Source: Candidatus Hydrogenedentota bacterium
GTDB taxonomy: Bacteria; Hydrogenedentota; Hydrogenedentia; Hydrogenedentales; GCA-2746185
Assembly (NCBI GenBank): GCA_046583315.1
Contig: JAYGCN010000092.1
Span: 1 to 18,874, forward strand
Reading direction: 5' to 3'
DNA: 18,874 bases
Shown here: positions 17,506 to 18,874 of the stretch, in pieces
Numbering within the stretch: the first letter of the stretch is position 1
How the letters are laid out: each line of letters opens with the position of its first letter
Made by a program: the position numbers and the translations under genes
Notes under the pieces: generated by a model
Databases searched by the model: none
What the model was told of the DNA's origin: nothing
What the model saw: the letters and a program-made list of their open reading frames with translations, nothing else

Positions 17506-18738
17506 ATGCGATCCATCGTGTGTTCAGCTTTCGCGCTGATTGTAGTCAGTTCCGCGTTCGCCACCGATCTCTCTGCGCGTAAAATCAGTGATGAGGCGTG
17601 GCGCGCGGACATCAATGAATACATACAATTGGTGAAAGATACCCACATCGATATGTTTCATGCCGTGTCTGAGCAGGAATTTCAGCAGGCCGTGGATACC
17701 TTGCTGAGTGTGGTTCCGGCGATGAGCGACGAGGATATCGCTATGGAGATGGTGGCACTTGCGGCCCTGATTGGCGACGGCCACACCTGGACCAGTTTCG
17801 GCGAAAAGATCGTGCCTGCTTACCTCCCGCTGACGGTCTATGAATTTGAAAACGGAGTGTTTATCACGCAGGCCCTGTCACCCTACCAAAGACCACGTTG
17901 GCAAACGACTGACCCATGTGGCCGACGTTCCTGTTGATCAGTTGGTTCTTCGCGCCCCTCGATATGCCTCTCGTGACAACGAATGGGGCCTGCTTCGATC
18001 GCGCGCACAATGGCTGGTGAACGAAGCATTTCTGGTACACGAGGGAATCGTTCAGAAAGGCGAAGATTTATCCGTTACCCTTTTGGCATCCGACGGGAAA
18101 GAGGAGCGTGTCACGCTAAAGGCTATCCCCAGACAAGAATACGTGGACGGCTTGGAGAAAATCCCCGCGACTCCCGATAGTAAGTTGCCGTTGTATCGAC
18201 AACGCGGTTCGGAATTTTACTGGATGAGCTATTTGGCTAAAGAAAAAGCACTCTTTGTCAAGTTCAATGCCGTGCGCGATGCTGATGAGGGGCCTCGACT
18301 TGGAGAATTTACAAACGATATGCTCGCGCTCATTGATTCAAATAAAGTAAAAAGCTCATCATTGATGTACGTCATAATGGCGGGGGAAACGGTGACCTCA
18401 CGCGACGCCTTGTACGCAAAATATCCACCAACGAACGAATCAATCAAAAGGGCAAATTATTCGTCATTACCGGGCGGCAAACGTTCTCTGCGGCATTGAT
18501 GTTCACCGCACGCATGGAACGCCGGACGGAGGCCTTGTTCGCGGGACAGCCCGGAGCTGGAAAACCCAATTCGTATGGCGAATTCAACCCATTCACCCTG
18601 TCGAATTCGCAGATGTACGGAAGCATCTCATCGCGATGGCACGAGGAAGGTGAACCCGACGACACACGTGAATTTATTCCGGTCGATATTCCCGCCCCGC
18701 TTAGCTCGGAGGCCTTTTTCTCAGGACGCGTTTATTGA
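17506..18738 (+). pseudogene. Secreted S41-family peptidase-like gene with two frameshifts and a truncated 3' end
   Basis: SD AGGAGA, ATG 17506 and a signal peptide; GDGHT in frame 1. A +1 shift near 17884-17890 leads to KDHVGKRL..FVKFNAV in frame 2. A -1 shift at the A-run 18349-18353 returns to frame 1: KLIIDVRHNGGGNG..GRQTFSAA..GKPNSYGE..IPVDI. Confidence 0.82.
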
Positions 18739-18874
18739 ACGCTTCAACAGAACCTACAGAGAGGAGGTACTCAGCGCACACCTGTTTCATTCCTTAGAAG
18801 AAGTACGCGAAATCACCTGGTGGTGGATGATGGACTACAACGAAGAACGCCCACATAGTGCCACCAATCGCGTT
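18722..18874 (+). mobile_element. IS3-family transposase C-terminal (integrase core) fragment
   Basis: Frame 2 reads QDAFIERFNRTYREEVLSAHLFHSLEEVREITWWWMMDYNEERPHSA, which matches the IS3 'QNAFIERFN..YN..RPH' signature. The upstream DD part and the terminal IR are absent. This frame is not in the ORF track. Confidence 0.85.

Noticed and set aside
17364..17648. N-terminal 95-aa extension of the 16230..17648 minus-strand ORF
   Set aside because: It overlaps the plus-strand S41 gene start and an AT-rich intergenic stretch, and a signal peptide begins at 17363.
1..18874. CRISPR arrays, tRNA/rRNA, riboswitches, long tandem repeats, defence systems
   Set aside because: None recognised. Intergenic gaps are short, and no periodic repeats were seen by eye; a covariance-model search was not possible.

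Overview
Bacterial window of moderately high GC, with about 17 coding regions. The core (6288-14077) is a phosphonate/organophosphate locus. A GlpT/UhpT-type MFS transporter is transcribed divergently from a translationally coupled activate-and-transfer triplet: a PntC/LicC-like cytidylyltransferase fused to a LicD domain, a DIPPS-like CDP-alcohol phosphotransferase and a histidine phosphatase. That triplet is followed by a coupled catabolic triplet: phosphonatase phnX, a PbfA-like 1-hydroxy-2-aminoethylphosphonate ammonia-lyase and a divergent FAD oxidoreductase. No pepM/ppd, phnW or ABC phosphonate transporter is present in the window, which suggests a salvage system that either incorporates or degrades imported aminophosphonates (inference). 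A Tat-exported PhoD lies nearby. The flanks carry a frameshifted MBOAT (AlgI/DltB-like) gene with an SGNH partner, a PQQ-type beta-propeller protein, an amidase, a DUF3604 protein, a TlpA thioredoxin, a BNR-like protein, and a doubly frameshifted S41 peptidase joined to an IS3-family transposase fragment at the right edge. All family calls come from motif recognition by eye; no searches were run.
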